Positions 1 through 9,317 of a stretch of DNA of 64,000 nt are shown piece by piece. This stretch comes from Hyphomicrobium sp. (GTDB lineage Bacteria > Pseudomonadota > Alphaproteobacteria > Rhizobiales > Hyphomicrobiaceae). The position numbers and the translations under genes were made by a program. Each line of letters begins with the position of its first letter. Position 1 is the stretch's first letter. The stretch lies in contig PEQZ01000001.1 of the NCBI GenBank assembly GCA_002928395.1, positions 2,325-66,324 of the forward strand. The letters are read 5' to 3'. A model generated the notes under the pieces. It was not told the DNA's origin. It saw only the letters and a program-made list of their open reading frames with translations, and did not search any database.

Positions 1-354
1 AACGCCGAGGCCGAAAGCCCATCGCGCGGCGGCAAAGCCGAGATCGTCGTCCACGAGCGCAAGCCCCCGGCTCCCGGTCTCGATATCCGCGGTCCGCGCG
101 CTCTCAAAGTCGACATCCAGCCCGAAGGCGAAACGGCCAAAGTCGGTTTCGAGAACTACAAGTTTTCGACCGAAATCGGTCAGAGCTTCCACAGTGACGT
201 CGATCGCTGGGCATCCGGCGAAACTGGATGCGGACCGCCGGGTGCAGCAGTGGCGGCTCCCACACAGACATCACCGCCGCCAACGCAAAAACAAGCCAAA
301 CAACAGTCAGCCAAAACCAGTAAGCAGATCCCGCGCGCCGCTAGCACGAAGTAG
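1..354 (+). CDS. C-terminal fragment of a hypothetical protein (5' end lies outside the window)
   Basis: Frame 1 is open from the window edge to TAG at 352-354, with strong GC3 codon bias (...KAEIVVHERKPPAPGLDIRGPRALKVDIQPEGETAKVGFENYKFSTEIGQ..., then a Pro/Gln/Lys-rich tail). It is absent from the ORF track because it has no start in the window. No family recognised. Confidence 0.5.
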   Translation, partial: NAEAESPSRGGKAEIVVHERKPPAPGLDIRGPRALKVDIQPEGETAKVGFENYKFSTEIGQSFHSDVDRWASGETGCGPPGAAVAAPTQTSPPPTQKQAKQQSAKTSKQIPRAASTK

Positions 355-475
355 GCTTCACCGGTGACGCCGACAGGGCTGTTGATGCGTCACGTAACGC
401 CGCTGGACCTGGACCGGAGGTCAGCGGCGTTGGTTGCGGGAACTGTCGCACGGATGACGACCAGACGGGGTTGGA

Positions 476-754
476 TCAGCCGCGGTAGTCTTGGACCCGG
501 GTGGCGCGCAGACCAGGTAGCCCATGGCGGTCGATCGATCGCTGCCAGGACAGGAATTCGTCGACCGTCAATGTGTAGCGCTCGCATGCTTCCTCGATGC
601 TGAGCAATCCGCCACGAACGGCTGCGACGACCTCGGCCTTGCGGCGAATAACCCAGCGCTTGGTGTCGCGGGACGGCAAATCGGCGACTGTCAGCGGGCT
701 CCCGTCGGGTCCGATGACGTAACGCACACGCGGCTTCATCTGATGTTCTGTCAT
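476..754 (-). CDS. sciP: DUF1153 / SciP-family small transcriptional regulator (CtrA-associated cell-cycle regulator family)
   Basis: 92 aa from the internal ATG at 754: MTEHQMKPRVRYVIGPDGSPLTVADLPSRDTKRWVIRRKAEVVAAVRGGLLSIEEACERYTLTVDEFLSWQRSIDRHGLPGLRATRVQDY. This matches the near-invariant core I remember for Caulobacter SciP/DUF1153. The upstream 58 codons of the 150-aa track ORF are AT-rich and look non-coding. Confidence 0.8.
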   Translation of the reverse strand: MTEHQMKPRVRYVIGPDGSPLTVADLPSRDTKRWVIRRKAEVVAAVRGGLLSIEEACERYTLTVDEFLSWQRSIDRHGLPGLRATRVQDYRG

Positions 755-804
755 GGGACTCGTTACACGCTTGCTCACCATCACATCAAGGTAACTCAAC
801 TCGA

Positions 805-819
805 TTAAGCGCAGCCTAA
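805..819. promoter_or_regulatory. Possible CtrA-type box (TTAA-N7-CTAA) upstream of sciP
   Basis: The sequence TTAAGCGCAGCCTAA lies about 50-65 nt upstream of the sciP ATG, inside an unusually AT-rich stretch. It has one mismatch to the TTAA-N7-TTAA CtrA consensus. Confidence 0.25.
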
Positions 820-1376
820 GTTTGCGAGTGAAGTTATCATGAATAATTGGCCGGAATAACTCAAATAATTCGAATTCACTTTCCAAGTGTGCCACGGTGG
901 ACACACAGACCACACCGACCGCGGTCACGCCCTTGCAGCGGCCGGCTGAACGCCCCCTGCCGACCCTCCGCCCGGCGCACCAACGACATCAGCATCGTTG
1001 AGCATCGTTGGCTCTGGCCCGGATACTCGGGTCGCTAGAACGCGGAACTTTCGGCTCCGCGGCTGAAGACCGGAAATGGCGATGCTGGTTCCGTGCCAGT
1101 TCCGGTGGTCCGGAGACCCGGAAGATCTTGGCATCGCAGCCCGCGGGTCTTATGATAACCACCCTGGCGTGATGAAACCTGAAAGGATGCCGCAGTTTCA
1201 CCGCGGCCGCCCGTGTCGCTCGAACAGTCGGGCGATCCGGCGCAGAACCAGGCTCGGACCTGCCCTGCTCCTTTGGCGCGACAATCGCCTACTTTGACCG
1301 CAAATGGCCACCATAATAGCCGCCGAACCCGAAACTCTCGGCACCACCCGAAAACACAGAACCGGCGTTAAAGAAC

Positions 1377-2582
1377 GTGACACGCGAGCTGCCAACGGAT
1401 GATGAACTGGTCTCGCGGGCCGTGGCCGCAGCGGCAGGGCCAAGCCAGACGCGCGTCGTCGTTGCCATGTCCGGCGGCGTCGACAGCTCTGTCGTGGCCG
1501 CACTCTTGAAGCGCGCAGGGCACGATGTGTTAGGCATCACGCTCCAGCTTTACGACCACGGCGAGGCCACGGGCCGCAAAGGCAGCTGCTGCGCCGGTCA
1601 GGATATTCATGATGCGCGCCGTGTGGCCGAGACCATCGGCATACCCCACTACGTCCTCGATTACGAACAGCGCTTCGCCTCGGCCGTGATCGACGGCTTC
1701 GCCGCCAGTTACGTCGCTGGCGAGACGCCGGTTCCCTGCGTGACCTGCAACAGCCAGATCAAGTTCAAGGACCTTCTCGATACAACGCGCGAACTCGGCG
1801 CGGCTGCCCTCGCCACCGGACACTATATCGCCCGGCGCGACGGTCCGGCTGGTCCCGGGCTGTTCCGTGCTGCCGACGCCGACCGCGACCAGAGCTATTT
1901 CTTATTTGCCACGACCCGCGCCCAGCTTGAAAGCCTTTGGTTCCCGCTCGGCGGCCTGCGGAAGTCAGAGGTGCGCGAACTGGCGCGGATCTTCGGCCTG
2001 GCCATCGCCGAAAAGTCCGACAGCCAAGACATCTGCTTCGTGCCCAAGGGCCGCTATGCCGAGGTGATCGAAAAACTGAAACCCGGCGCCCTCCGCCCTG
2101 GCGACATCTGCCATGTCGACGGGCGGACCCTGGGCCGACACGACGGCATCATCAATTTCACGATCGGCCAGCGCAAAGGGCTCAAGATCGCCAGCGGCGA
2201 GCCACTGTTCGTCATCCGCCTCGACGCCGACCGAAATGTCGTGCTGGTGGGACCGCGTGACTTCTTGCGCACCACCGGACTGGTGATTAGGGATTTGAAC
2301 TGGCTGGGCCACGGCGGCCCGCCGTCGCTGACCGGCAAGGGAATGGAACTCTATGCCCGCATTCGATCGTCACAGCCGCCGAGACCGGCCACTCTGCATG
2401 TCGAGGACAATGGCCGCGCCCGGGTCGAGATGACCAGTGGCGAAGAGGGCGTGGCGACTGGTCAAGCCTGTGTTTTCTATTCGGACGACAGCGCGACCGC
2501 ACAGATCCTGGGGGGGGGCTATATCGCCGAAACCATCCGGGCCAAAATCGCGATGGAGCAAGGACTTGAGACCCGCGTCTGA
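1377..2582 (+). CDS. mnmA: tRNA 2-thiouridine(34) synthase MnmA
   Basis: 401 aa with a GTG start. It has the PP-loop [18 protein letters not shown] and conserved Cys motifs ([16 protein letters not shown]). Similarity to MnmA runs the full length. Confidence 0.9.
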   Translation: MTRELPTDDELVSRAVAAAAGPSQTRVVVAMSGGVDSSVVAALLKRAGHDVLGITLQLYDHGEATGRKGSCCAGQDIHDARRVAETIGIPHYVLDYEQRFASAVIDGFAASYVAGETPVPCVTCNSQIKFKDLLDTTRELGAAALATGHYIARRDGPAGPGLFRAADADRDQSYFLFATTRAQLESLWFPLGGLRKSEVRELARIFGLAIAEKSDSQDICFVPKGRYAEVIEKLKPGALRPGDICHVDGRTLGRHDGIINFTIGQRKGLKIASGEPLFVIRLDADRNVVLVGPRDFLRTTGLVIRDLNWLGHGGPPSLTGKGMELYARIRSSQPPRPATLHVEDNGRARVEMTSGEEGVATGQACVFYSDDSATAQILGGGYIAETIRAKIAMEQGLETRV

Positions 2583-2646
2583 GACAAACGGCGAAAACGC
2601 CGGGCTCGGTCGCGGGAGAGTGGGCAGACAGAGGAGTAGGTAAACT

Positions 2647-3372
2647 ATGACATCACGCCCCAACCGGGCCCAAGGCACGCAGACACCAGAACTCGAGCGG
2701 GAAGATGGCCGCATTGTTGGCATCGGGCGCATCGACGAGGATGCGGTGAAGGTCGCCTACCGCCGCTGGGCGCCGGTCTACGACCACACCTTCGGCCGCA
2801 TCGCCGCCGAGGGCCGCAAGCATTCGGTGGAAATCGTCAACAAGCAACAGGGCCGCGTGCTCGAGGTCGGCGTGGGTACGGGTTTGTCGCTGCCGAGCTA
2901 TGGCAAGCACCTCGAGATCGTCGGCATCGACCTTTCGCCAGAGATGCTTGAAAAAGCGCGCGAACGGGTTGCCGAGGAGAACCTGACCAACGTCACGGGG
3001 CTCCACGAGATGGACGCTGGCGAACTGTCGTTTGATTCAGGATCGTTCGACAGTGTCGTGGCCATGTATGTGATGACGGTGGTGCCGGAGCCCGAGAAGG
3101 TCATGGCAGAACTCGCGCGCGTGTGCCGGCCCGGCGGCGAGGTCATCCTCGTCAATCATTTCAGCCAGGACGATGGCATGCGCGGCTGGGTCGAGCGGCG
3201 GATGGCGCCGTTCGCCGAACAACTCGGCTGGCGGCCCGTGTTCGATGTCGGCCGGGTGATGGGTTGCGACGACCTGAAGCTCGTCGAGCAGCGGGCATTG
3301 CGGCCATGGGGCCTGTTCACCATGATGCGGTTCCAGAAGAAGGCGGACGCTCAGTTGATGGCGGCCGAATAG
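2647..3372 (+). CDS. Class I SAM-dependent methyltransferase (UbiE/PmtA-like; substrate unknown)
   Basis: 241 aa. SAM motif I is VLEVGVGTGLSL, followed by VGIDLSPEML and FDSVVAMYV. It resembles Rhodobacter-type phospholipid N-methyltransferases, but specificity cannot be read from the sequence. Confidence 0.75.
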   Translation: MTSRPNRAQGTQTPELEREDGRIVGIGRIDEDAVKVAYRRWAPVYDHTFGRIAAEGRKHSVEIVNKQQGRVLEVGVGTGLSLPSYGKHLEIVGIDLSPEMLEKARERVAEENLTNVTGLHEMDAGELSFDSGSFDSVVAMYVMTVVPEPEKVMAELARVCRPGGEVILVNHFSQDDGMRGWVERRMAPFAEQLGWRPVFDVGRVMGCDDLKLVEQRALRPWGLFTMMRFQKKADAQLMAAE

Positions 3373-3509
3373 GAGGTCGCCAGCGGTGGCGTCGATGCCG
3401 TGCGGCGGGCGCGAGGTCGAGAGCGCGGTGTTGACAGCGCAGTGGCTTGGCTCCATTAAGCAGCCCATCAGCACGACGTACCGCCCTTCGCTTGGCGGCA
3501 GCGCAGCGT

Positions 3510-3586
3510 GGCGGGATAGCTCAGTTGGTTAGAGCGGCGGAATCATAATCCGTAGGTCGCCAGTTCAAGTCTGGCTCTCGCTACCA
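3510..3586 (+). tRNA. tRNA with CAU anticodon (elongator Met; a lysidine-modified Ile2 cannot be excluded)
   Basis: Hand-folded cloverleaf: acceptor GGCGGGA/TCTCGCT (two G-U pairs), D stem GCTC/GAGC, anticodon stem GCGGA/TCCGT with loop AT-CAT-AA, T arm GCCAG-TTCAAGT-CTGGC, and an encoded CCA. It is not initiator-like, because positions 1 and 72 are paired. Confidence 0.85.
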
Positions 3587-3609
3587 TTTTTGCCACGTCA
3601 CTGAGCTGG

Positions 3610-4431
3610 TCAGCTCGACAGGTTCGGCGGCACTGCGCCAGCGATGCCTGGTGCTCGGCCTAGCGTGACGCCCAGCCGTTCGACCCAGGCAAGCCCCGCC
3701 ACGGTGCCGGCGCGCGGCTTGTATTCACAGCCGACGAACCCGTCGAAGCCGCTCGCGTCGATCAGCTTGAACATCTCCGCATAGTCGAGATCACCCTGGT
3801 CGGGCTCGCCGCGATCAGGTGGACCGGCGATCTGGTAGTGACCGGCCAGCGGCCCGAACGCGGCGACGGCGCCCGCGGCGTCACCCTCCATGCGATGGCG
3901 GTGATAGAGGTCGAGTTGCAGCTTCAGGTTCTCTGCGCCGACCTCGGCCAAGACCGATGCAGCGTCCGCTGTGCGGCTCAACAGATAGCCCGGCATATCG
4001 AAGGTGTTGATCGGCTCGATCAGAATGCTGACACCCTCGTCTGCCGCCCATTCCGCGGCGAGCCTGAGGTTCGCGACATAGGTTTCGCGGATGGCGCCAT
4101 GGGTTGTGAGGCCGGCCATGGCGTGCAGTTTTCGGCAGCCTAGCGCTTCGGCATAACGCAGTGCGAGATCGACGGCGTGGGCGAAATCGTCCTCGCGCCC
4201 CGGCACGCCGGTATAGCCGCGCTCACCCTTGTCCCAGTGTCCGGGCGGCAGGTTGAACAGGGCGAGCTCGAGTTCGTGAGCATCCAGCCGCTCGCGGATT
4301 TGCGCGGGCTCGTAGGCATAGGGGAACAGGAACTCCACCGCTTTGAATCCTGCCCGTGCCGCCGCCTGAAAGCGGTCCAGGAACTCGAGCTCCGTAAACA
4401 AGAAGCTCAGGTTGGCTGAGAAGCGCGGCAT
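3610..4431 (-). CDS. Hydroxypyruvate isomerase family protein (xylose-isomerase-like TIM barrel; Hyi/OtnI type)
   Basis: 273 aa from the ATG at 4431 (MPRFSANLSFLFTELEFLDRFQAAARAGFKAVEF...). Resemblance to Hyi / 2-oxo-tetronate isomerase runs the full length. The 442-aa track ORF adds an Arg-rich read-through that overlaps arfB. Confidence 0.8.
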   Translation of the reverse strand: MPRFSANLSFLFTELEFLDRFQAAARAGFKAVEFLFPYAYEPAQIRERLDAHELELALFNLPPGHWDKGERGYTGVPGREDDFAHAVDLALRYAEALGCRKLHAMAGLTTHGAIRETYVANLRLAAEWAADEGVSILIEPINTFDMPGYLLSRTADAASVLAEVGAENLKLQLDLYHRHRMEGDAAGAVAAFGPLAGHYQIAGPPDRGEPDQGDLDYAEMFKLIDASGFDGFVGCEYKPRAGTVAGLAWVERLGVTLGRAPGIAGAVPPNLSS

Positions 4432-4487
4432 GGAGCAGGACCTCGTTGCAGAGAGCAAACGTCGAACACGGGCATCGGGCGCAGGCG

Positions 4488-4907
4488 TCAGTCGCCATCG
4501 GAACGGGCCTTGCGCATTTTCTTGGTGGTCGAACGCACCTTCTTGCCTTCGAGGCGTCGCTCCTTGGACGCACGCGTGGGCTTGGTTTTGAGGCGTGGTT
4601 TGGGCACGTGCGTCGCTTCCCGAATAAGTTCCGCCAGCCGCTCGCGCGCATCCTCGCGATTGCGCTCCTGGGTGCGATGGCGGTCGGCGCGGATCACGAT
4701 GACGCCGTCGTCCGTGAGCCGCCGGCCGGCCAGCTTCTGCAGCCGAATGGAGACGCCGGTGGGCAGCGAAGGCGAACGGCGGGCGTCGAACCTCAACTCG
4801 ACCGCCGTCGACACCTTGTTGACGTTCTGGCCGCCCGGCCCTGACGCGCGCACGAAGCGCTCGTCGAGTTCGCCCTCGTCGAGCGTGATCTGATCGTTGA
4901 TGCGCAT
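4488..4907 (-). CDS. arfB: Alternative ribosome-rescue factor ArfB (YaeJ-type peptidyl-tRNA hydrolase)
   Basis: 139 aa. It has the GGQ motif (ASGPGGQNVNKVSTAV) and the long Lys/Arg-rich C-terminal tail typical of ArfB. Confidence 0.85.
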   Translation of the reverse strand: MRINDQITLDEGELDERFVRASGPGGQNVNKVSTAVELRFDARRSPSLPTGVSIRLQKLAGRRLTDDGVIVIRADRHRTQERNREDARERLAELIREATHVPKPRLKTKPTRASKERRLEGKKVRSTTKKMRKARSDGD

Positions 4908-4916
4908 GTCTGATGT

Positions 4917-5435
4917 TTACCGGGATCCAATGTCCCAATAGTCTCCGCGGAAGTACAAGAGTGGCGCAGCCTCACTGCGGAATTGCCCGTCCAGCACGCG
5001 CCCGATGAAGATCGAGTGGGTGGTAAACTCGTGCCGGTCGATCAGCTCGCAATCGAGGCTGGCCAAGGCACGCGACAGAACCGGCGCACCCGATTGTAGA
5101 GTGATCCATTCGAGCCCGTCGAAGCGATCGCTGCCCATCGTCCCGCTACGGCCTGCGAAGCGCTCGGCGATGTCCTGCTGGTCGCTAGCCAGCACATTGA
5201 CGCTGAACGACTTGACGCTGCTGATGAGATCATGCGCACCGGCCTTGCGTTGAATGCAGGCGAGAATGGTCGGCGGGTTATCCGAAAGGGACGCGACGGC
5301 GGTGGCTGTGAGCCCGGCGCGCGTGTCTGCCGTGCCGCAGGCGATGACGGTCACGGCGCCAGCTTGATGCCGCATCAGCGCGCGATAGCTGTGGGCATCC
5401 ATGCCATAGCTGGCGGCTGTCGTCTTCGGCACCAT
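4917..5435 (-). CDS. Flavin reductase family protein
   Basis: 172 aa from the ATG at 5435. The flavin-reductase-like domain pattern is present: YRALMRHQAGAVTVIA...GLTATAVASLSDNPPTILACI...FSVNVLA... Confidence 0.75.
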   Translation of the reverse strand: MVPKTTAASYGMDAHSYRALMRHQAGAVTVIACGTADTRAGLTATAVASLSDNPPTILACIQRKAGAHDLISSVKSFSVNVLASDQQDIAERFAGRSGTMGSDRFDGLEWITLQSGAPVLSRALASLDCELIDRHEFTTHSIFIGRVLDGQFRSEAAPLLYFRGDYWDIGSR

Positions 5436-5558
5436 GGTCAAAGAAATAGTCCTCCAGCTTTGAATGCACCGCACAACGAGGTCAACGCAGCGCGCCGCCG
5501 ACAAGATCACGCAATGGCGTGAAGGGTCAACCCACGGGGCCGGCAGGATGGTCCGGGG

Positions 5559-7211
5559 TTACGCCCGTTTCCCGCGCTGCCGCTTAAGATCCCGGATGAT
5601 TTCGCGAGCGGCATTGTGCCCTGGCACGCCCGTTACGCCCCCCCCTGGATGGCCGCCGGAACCACAGAGATAAAGACCCGGGATCGGCATCCTGTAGTCC
5701 GCGTGTCCGAGCACCGGCCGCGCCGAGAACAACTGGTCGAGCGACAGCTGACCATGAAAGATGTCGCCGTCGGGCAACCCGAACCGCTGCTCGAGATCGA
5801 GCGGCGACAGCAACTGCCGCCCGATGATGGTCGACTTGAAGTTCGGCGCATGGCGCGTGACGGTCTCGACCACCAGATCGGCAAACGCCTCCTTCTCGTG
5901 TGCGTTCTGCCAACTGCGGCCATCAGGCAGGTTAGGCGCGACATGCTGGACGAAGAGGCTCGCGACGTGACGGCCAGCGGGCGCCAGCGTACGGTCGATG
6001 GTCGACGGAATCAGCATTTCCACGATGGGCTCCTTCGCCCAGCCATGGGTACGGGCGTCGAAATAGGCGCGCTCCAGATAGCCGAGCGACGGACCGATGA
6101 TGATGCCGGCCCCGTGGTGGTCCTGGGCGTGTGTCCCTGGGCGGCACGTAAAGCTCGGCAGCTCGCTCAATGCGACATTCATGCGGAAGGTGCCGGAGCC
6201 GGTCTTCATGCCGGTGAAATGCCGCCTGAGCTCAGGCTCGACGGCAGCTTCGGGCACGAGTTTCGAAAACAGCAGTTTGGGAGCGACGTTGGACGCCACC
6301 ACGCGTGCACGGATTTCGTCACCATTGTCGAGCACGACGCCAGCCGCCCGGCCGCCCTCGATCAGCACGCGCGCCACACCGCAGCCCTTGCGGATCTTTG
6401 CGCCGCGCGCTTCTGCCGCCTGCGCCATGGCTTGGGTGATGGCTCCCATGCCGCCGATGGCGTGTCCCCAGACGCCTGACTTTCCGTTGGTCTCGCCGAA
6501 ACAGTGGTGCAACAGCACATAGGCCGTGCCCGGCGTCGAGGGTGAGGCGTAAGCGCCGACGATGCTGTCGAAGGCGAAAGCGCCCTTTACGACGTCGCTC
6601 TCGAACCATTGGCCGAGGAAGTCGGCGGCACTCGTGGTCATGAGATCGAGAAGCAGGCGCTGGCTGTCGACCGGCATCCGGATCAGGTCGCGGCCGAGTT
6701 CGAGCCCGCGCAGCATGCTCATGATGCCGCCTTTGACGTTGGGCGGGGTCCTGAGCAGCAAATCGCGCATGATCAGCGCGCCGGCGAGCATGGCCTTGTC
6801 GTAGGCCGCAAGGCGCTCGGCATCATGGGTCGAGAATGCCGCGATGGCCGCCTGCCGGCCGGCGAGATCATAGGGCATGAACAGCGAGCGGCGATCGTCG
6901 ACAGGCCAGAAGTTGGCCGCCGGCCGCTCGACGATTTCGAGACCGTATCGCTCGAGTTCGAGGTCGACCACGACCTTGATGTTGAGCAGGCTGACCGTGT
7001 AGGCGGCGACCGAATTGCGGAAGCCGGGTACAAATTCTTCGGTAACGGCCGCTCCGCCGACTGTGTCGTTCTTTTCGACGATGACGGTATCGAGACCGGC
7101 CGCGGCCAGATAGGCGCCGGTCACGAGCCCGTTGTGCCCGCCCCCGATTACGACGGCATCGCAACTCTTGGTCCGGGGAACAGTCGGGGCAGAGATTTTG
7201 GACGTGGTCAT
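5559..7211 (-). CDS. NAD(P)/FAD-dependent oxidoreductase, phytoene-desaturase (CrtI-like) family
   Basis: 550 aa. The N-terminal Rossmann motif is DAVVIGGGHNGLVTGAYLAAAGLDTVIVEKNDTVGGAA, with CrtI-family architecture throughout. Confidence 0.85.
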   Translation of the reverse strand: MTTSKISAPTVPRTKSCDAVVIGGGHNGLVTGAYLAAAGLDTVIVEKNDTVGGAAVTEEFVPGFRNSVAAYTVSLLNIKVVVDLELERYGLEIVERPAANFWPVDDRRSLFMPYDLAGRQAAIAAFSTHDAERLAAYDKAMLAGALIMRDLLLRTPPNVKGGIMSMLRGLELGRDLIRMPVDSQRLLLDLMTTSAADFLGQWFESDVVKGAFAFDSIVGAYASPSTPGTAYVLLHHCFGETNGKSGVWGHAIGGMGAITQAMAQAAEARGAKIRKGCGVARVLIEGGRAAGVVLDNGDEIRARVVASNVAPKLLFSKLVPEAAVEPELRRHFTGMKTGSGTFRMNVALSELPSFTCRPGTHAQDHHGAGIIIGPSLGYLERAYFDARTHGWAKEPIVEMLIPSTIDRTLAPAGRHVASLFVQHVAPNLPDGRSWQNAHEKEAFADLVVETVTRHAPNFKSTIIGRQLLSPLDLEQRFGLPDGDIFHGQLSLDQLFSARPVLGHADYRMPIPGLYLCGSGGHPGGGVTGVPGHNAAREIIRDLKRQRGKRA

Positions 7212-7464
7212 GGTGCGGCTTGTGGCGCGAATTCACCTGGTGCGCAACGGGACAAGCCGACCGTGAAATGTCATTCGATTGCTGCGGTGCACACGTCACG
7301 CGATCGCGAGCGGGCAAAAATAATTTCTTAATCAAGCCGATAGCGGCTTGCATGCGACATTCTAACAGAAGCAATCTGTAAACGATTCGAACCCTATTCT
7401 CTAAGCGTGTGGCGACCAGCCTTCAGTAGATGTCGCAAACCCAATCGCTTGAGTGGAGACCCCG

Positions 7465-7710
7465 ATGACCACAGCGACCCGGATCAAGCCGACCAAAGCT
7501 ATCGCTACGCACGAAACGTTTGCCGTGTCGGATCGGGTTGTCGGATTAGCGTTGGCATCGCTCATTCCAGCGGCGTTCTGGATGGCGACGCTGGCCATCG
7601 TCGGTTCCTTGACCGGCGTGTCTTGGAGCCTCGCCGGTCTGCTTCTGACAGGCACGGCGATCGCAGCTTTTCTGGCAATTGTCGTCAGCGGTATGATGAC
7701 CGAAGACTGA
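7465..7710 (+). CDS. Hypothetical small membrane protein (2 predicted TM helices)
   Basis: 81 aa from the ATG at 7465, preceded by GGAG 6 nt upstream. It has two hydrophobic segments (VVGLALASLIPAAFWMATLAIVG; LAGLLLTGTAIAAFLAIVVSG). Codon bias is acceptable. No family recognised. Confidence 0.4.
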   Translation: MTTATRIKPTKAIATHETFAVSDRVVGLALASLIPAAFWMATLAIVGSLTGVSWSLAGLLLTGTAIAAFLAIVVSGMMTED

Positions 7711-7797
7711 AATGAATGTGCTGACACGTGGCCGCCCGCCGGTCGGGGACAAGGATCGCCCGTGGCAAAAGCCCACCCCGTCGACAGGCTCGGCCGG

Positions 7798-8076
7798 TCA
7801 GGCGCCCCAGCTACAGCGGAATTCCTGGCATTTCCGGCTCGACGCACCGACGTTGCAACGCGAGGCAACGAGCTTGCAAACCCGGCAGGAATAGGCGGAG
7901 ATGCAGCCACGGTAGGAACCGCTCTTGGCAAACTTGCAGGCGACCACCGTCTGGCAATCGCGCCCTGGGTTGATCTGCCCGCCCGGCCCCTGCTGCGCCA
8001 TCGCCGCCGTCGCCATAACCGTCAAGGCCAGGACTGGCAGGGACAAAAGTACGGTTGGCCGGCGCATGAGTATCAT
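7798..8076 (-). CDS. Small secreted cationic cysteine-rich protein (8 Cys), hypothetical
   Basis: 92 aa (alternative ATG at 8067). The Sec signal is MILMRRPTVLLSLPVLALTVMATAAMA|QQ. The mature ~65-aa part is GPGGQINPGRDCQTVVACKFAKSGSYRGCISAYSCRVCKLVASRCNVGASSRKCQEFRCSWGA, with 8 Cys and a net positive charge. Confidence 0.5.
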   Translation of the reverse strand: MILMRRPTVLLSLPVLALTVMATAAMAQQGPGGQINPGRDCQTVVACKFAKSGSYRGCISAYSCRVCKLVASRCNVGASSRKCQEFRCSWGA

Positions 8077-8282
8077 CCCAGGTTTCAGCTCAATCCACGC
8101 CCAGATAGTCCAATAGTTTCCCGGAGCTTGCAACCGGCGGCCCCGATGGCAGTCCGCATCGGCCGCCGCCTGTGCCAAGCGAGCAACGCCCAACCCGCCA
8201 GTTTGTCCGCGTCGAGGCGAAATCCCGGGCGGCTTCCCAGCTCCCCGCCCGATCGATTGCGATGGCAACGACGACGAACAGC

Positions 8283-9176
8283 TTACTCGGCGGCGGCCCG
8301 CTGCGGACGAACCTCGGCCATGTAATCGTTGAGAAGCGCTTCGGAGATTCGGCCGGGCTGGTAGTGGAAGCCGCCAATTTCGCGTACCGGCGTCACCTCG
8401 GCCGCAGACCCGGTTATGAAACACTCCGAGAACGAGCCGAGCTCGTCCGGCATGATCCGCCGCTCGATCACCTCGAACCCGCGCTTTTTAGCGAGTTCGA
8501 TGACTGTCGCCCGTGTGATGCCGGACAGGAAGCAATCGGCGATGGGCGTGTGGATCTTTCCATCAGCTACGAAGAACACATTGGCGCCGGTGCATTCGGC
8601 GACCCGGCCCTGCCAGTCGTACATCAGAGCGTCGGCGTACCCCTTGCGCTCGGCCTTGTGCTTGGACAGCGTGCAGATCATGTAGAGGCCGGCCGCCTTG
8701 GCGAAGGCCGGCGCGCACATGGGATCGGGTCTGCGGTACTCGGCGATATCGAGCTTGATGCCGCGCATCCTTTCGGCGGGGTCGAACATCGACGGCCAGT
8801 TCCAGGTGGCGATGGCGACGTGAATGGGGTTCTGCTGGGCCGCGACCGCCATCATCTTCTCGCCGCCGCGCCAAGCCACTGCGCGCACATACTTGTTTCC
8901 GCCACCGTTGCGGCTCAGGATCTCGGCTTTCGCGGCTTCGATCTGATCGACCGAGTAGGGTAACGTGAAATCGAGAATTCCGGCTGAATTCATCAGTCGC
9001 TCGGTATGGACGCGCGACTTGTACACTGCGCCATCGTAGGCTCGCTCACCCTCGAACACGCACGACCCATAGTGCAACCCGTGCGTAAGGACATGCATCG
9101 TGGCCTGTTCGGATGGCATGATGCGGCCATCGAACCAGATCAGCGGGTCGCCAAAATAGCTGAGATCCGTGGTCAT
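8283..9176 (-). CDS. ilvE: Branched-chain amino acid aminotransferase
   Basis: 297 aa from the ATG at 9176 (MTTDLSYFGDPLIWFDGRIMP...HGLHYGSCVFEGERAY...). It has the fold-type IV PLP aminotransferase pattern, including AKAAGLYM and ECTGANVFFV. The rest of the 668-aa track ORF is antisense read-through. Confidence 0.9.
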   Translation of the reverse strand: MTTDLSYFGDPLIWFDGRIMPSEQATMHVLTHGLHYGSCVFEGERAYDGAVYKSRVHTERLMNSAGILDFTLPYSVDQIEAAKAEILSRNGGGNKYVRAVAWRGGEKMMAVAAQQNPIHVAIATWNWPSMFDPAERMRGIKLDIAEYRRPDPMCAPAFAKAAGLYMICTLSKHKAERKGYADALMYDWQGRVAECTGANVFFVADGKIHTPIADCFLSGITRATVIELAKKRGFEVIERRIMPDELGSFSECFITGSAAEVTPVREIGGFHYQPGRISEALLNDYMAEVRPQRAAAE

Positions 9177-9317
9177 GAGTTGCGTGTCCTCGAAGGATCG
9201 TCGTCGGGCGCCGTCCGCGTTTGCCGCCCGCAACAACGAATAAATTCGCTGAAAACGCAGTCTGACGTTCCACGAAACCGCTTGCCACGCGTAACAATCG
9301 CCTTCTAATAAGTCAAC

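Noticed and set aside
3510-4431. tRNA-Met as a possible genomic-island integration site
   Set aside because: No integrase, direct repeat of the tRNA 3' end, or compositional shift follows the tRNA. The next gene is a convergent housekeeping-type isomerase.
4432-4938. N-terminal 169 codons of the 442-aa track ORF (3610..4938, minus strand)
   Set aside because: The frame is extremely Arg/Ala/Pro-rich and overlaps the well-supported arfB gene in another frame. A clean ATG at 4431 gives a full-length Hyi-family protein. This is typical high-GC read-through.
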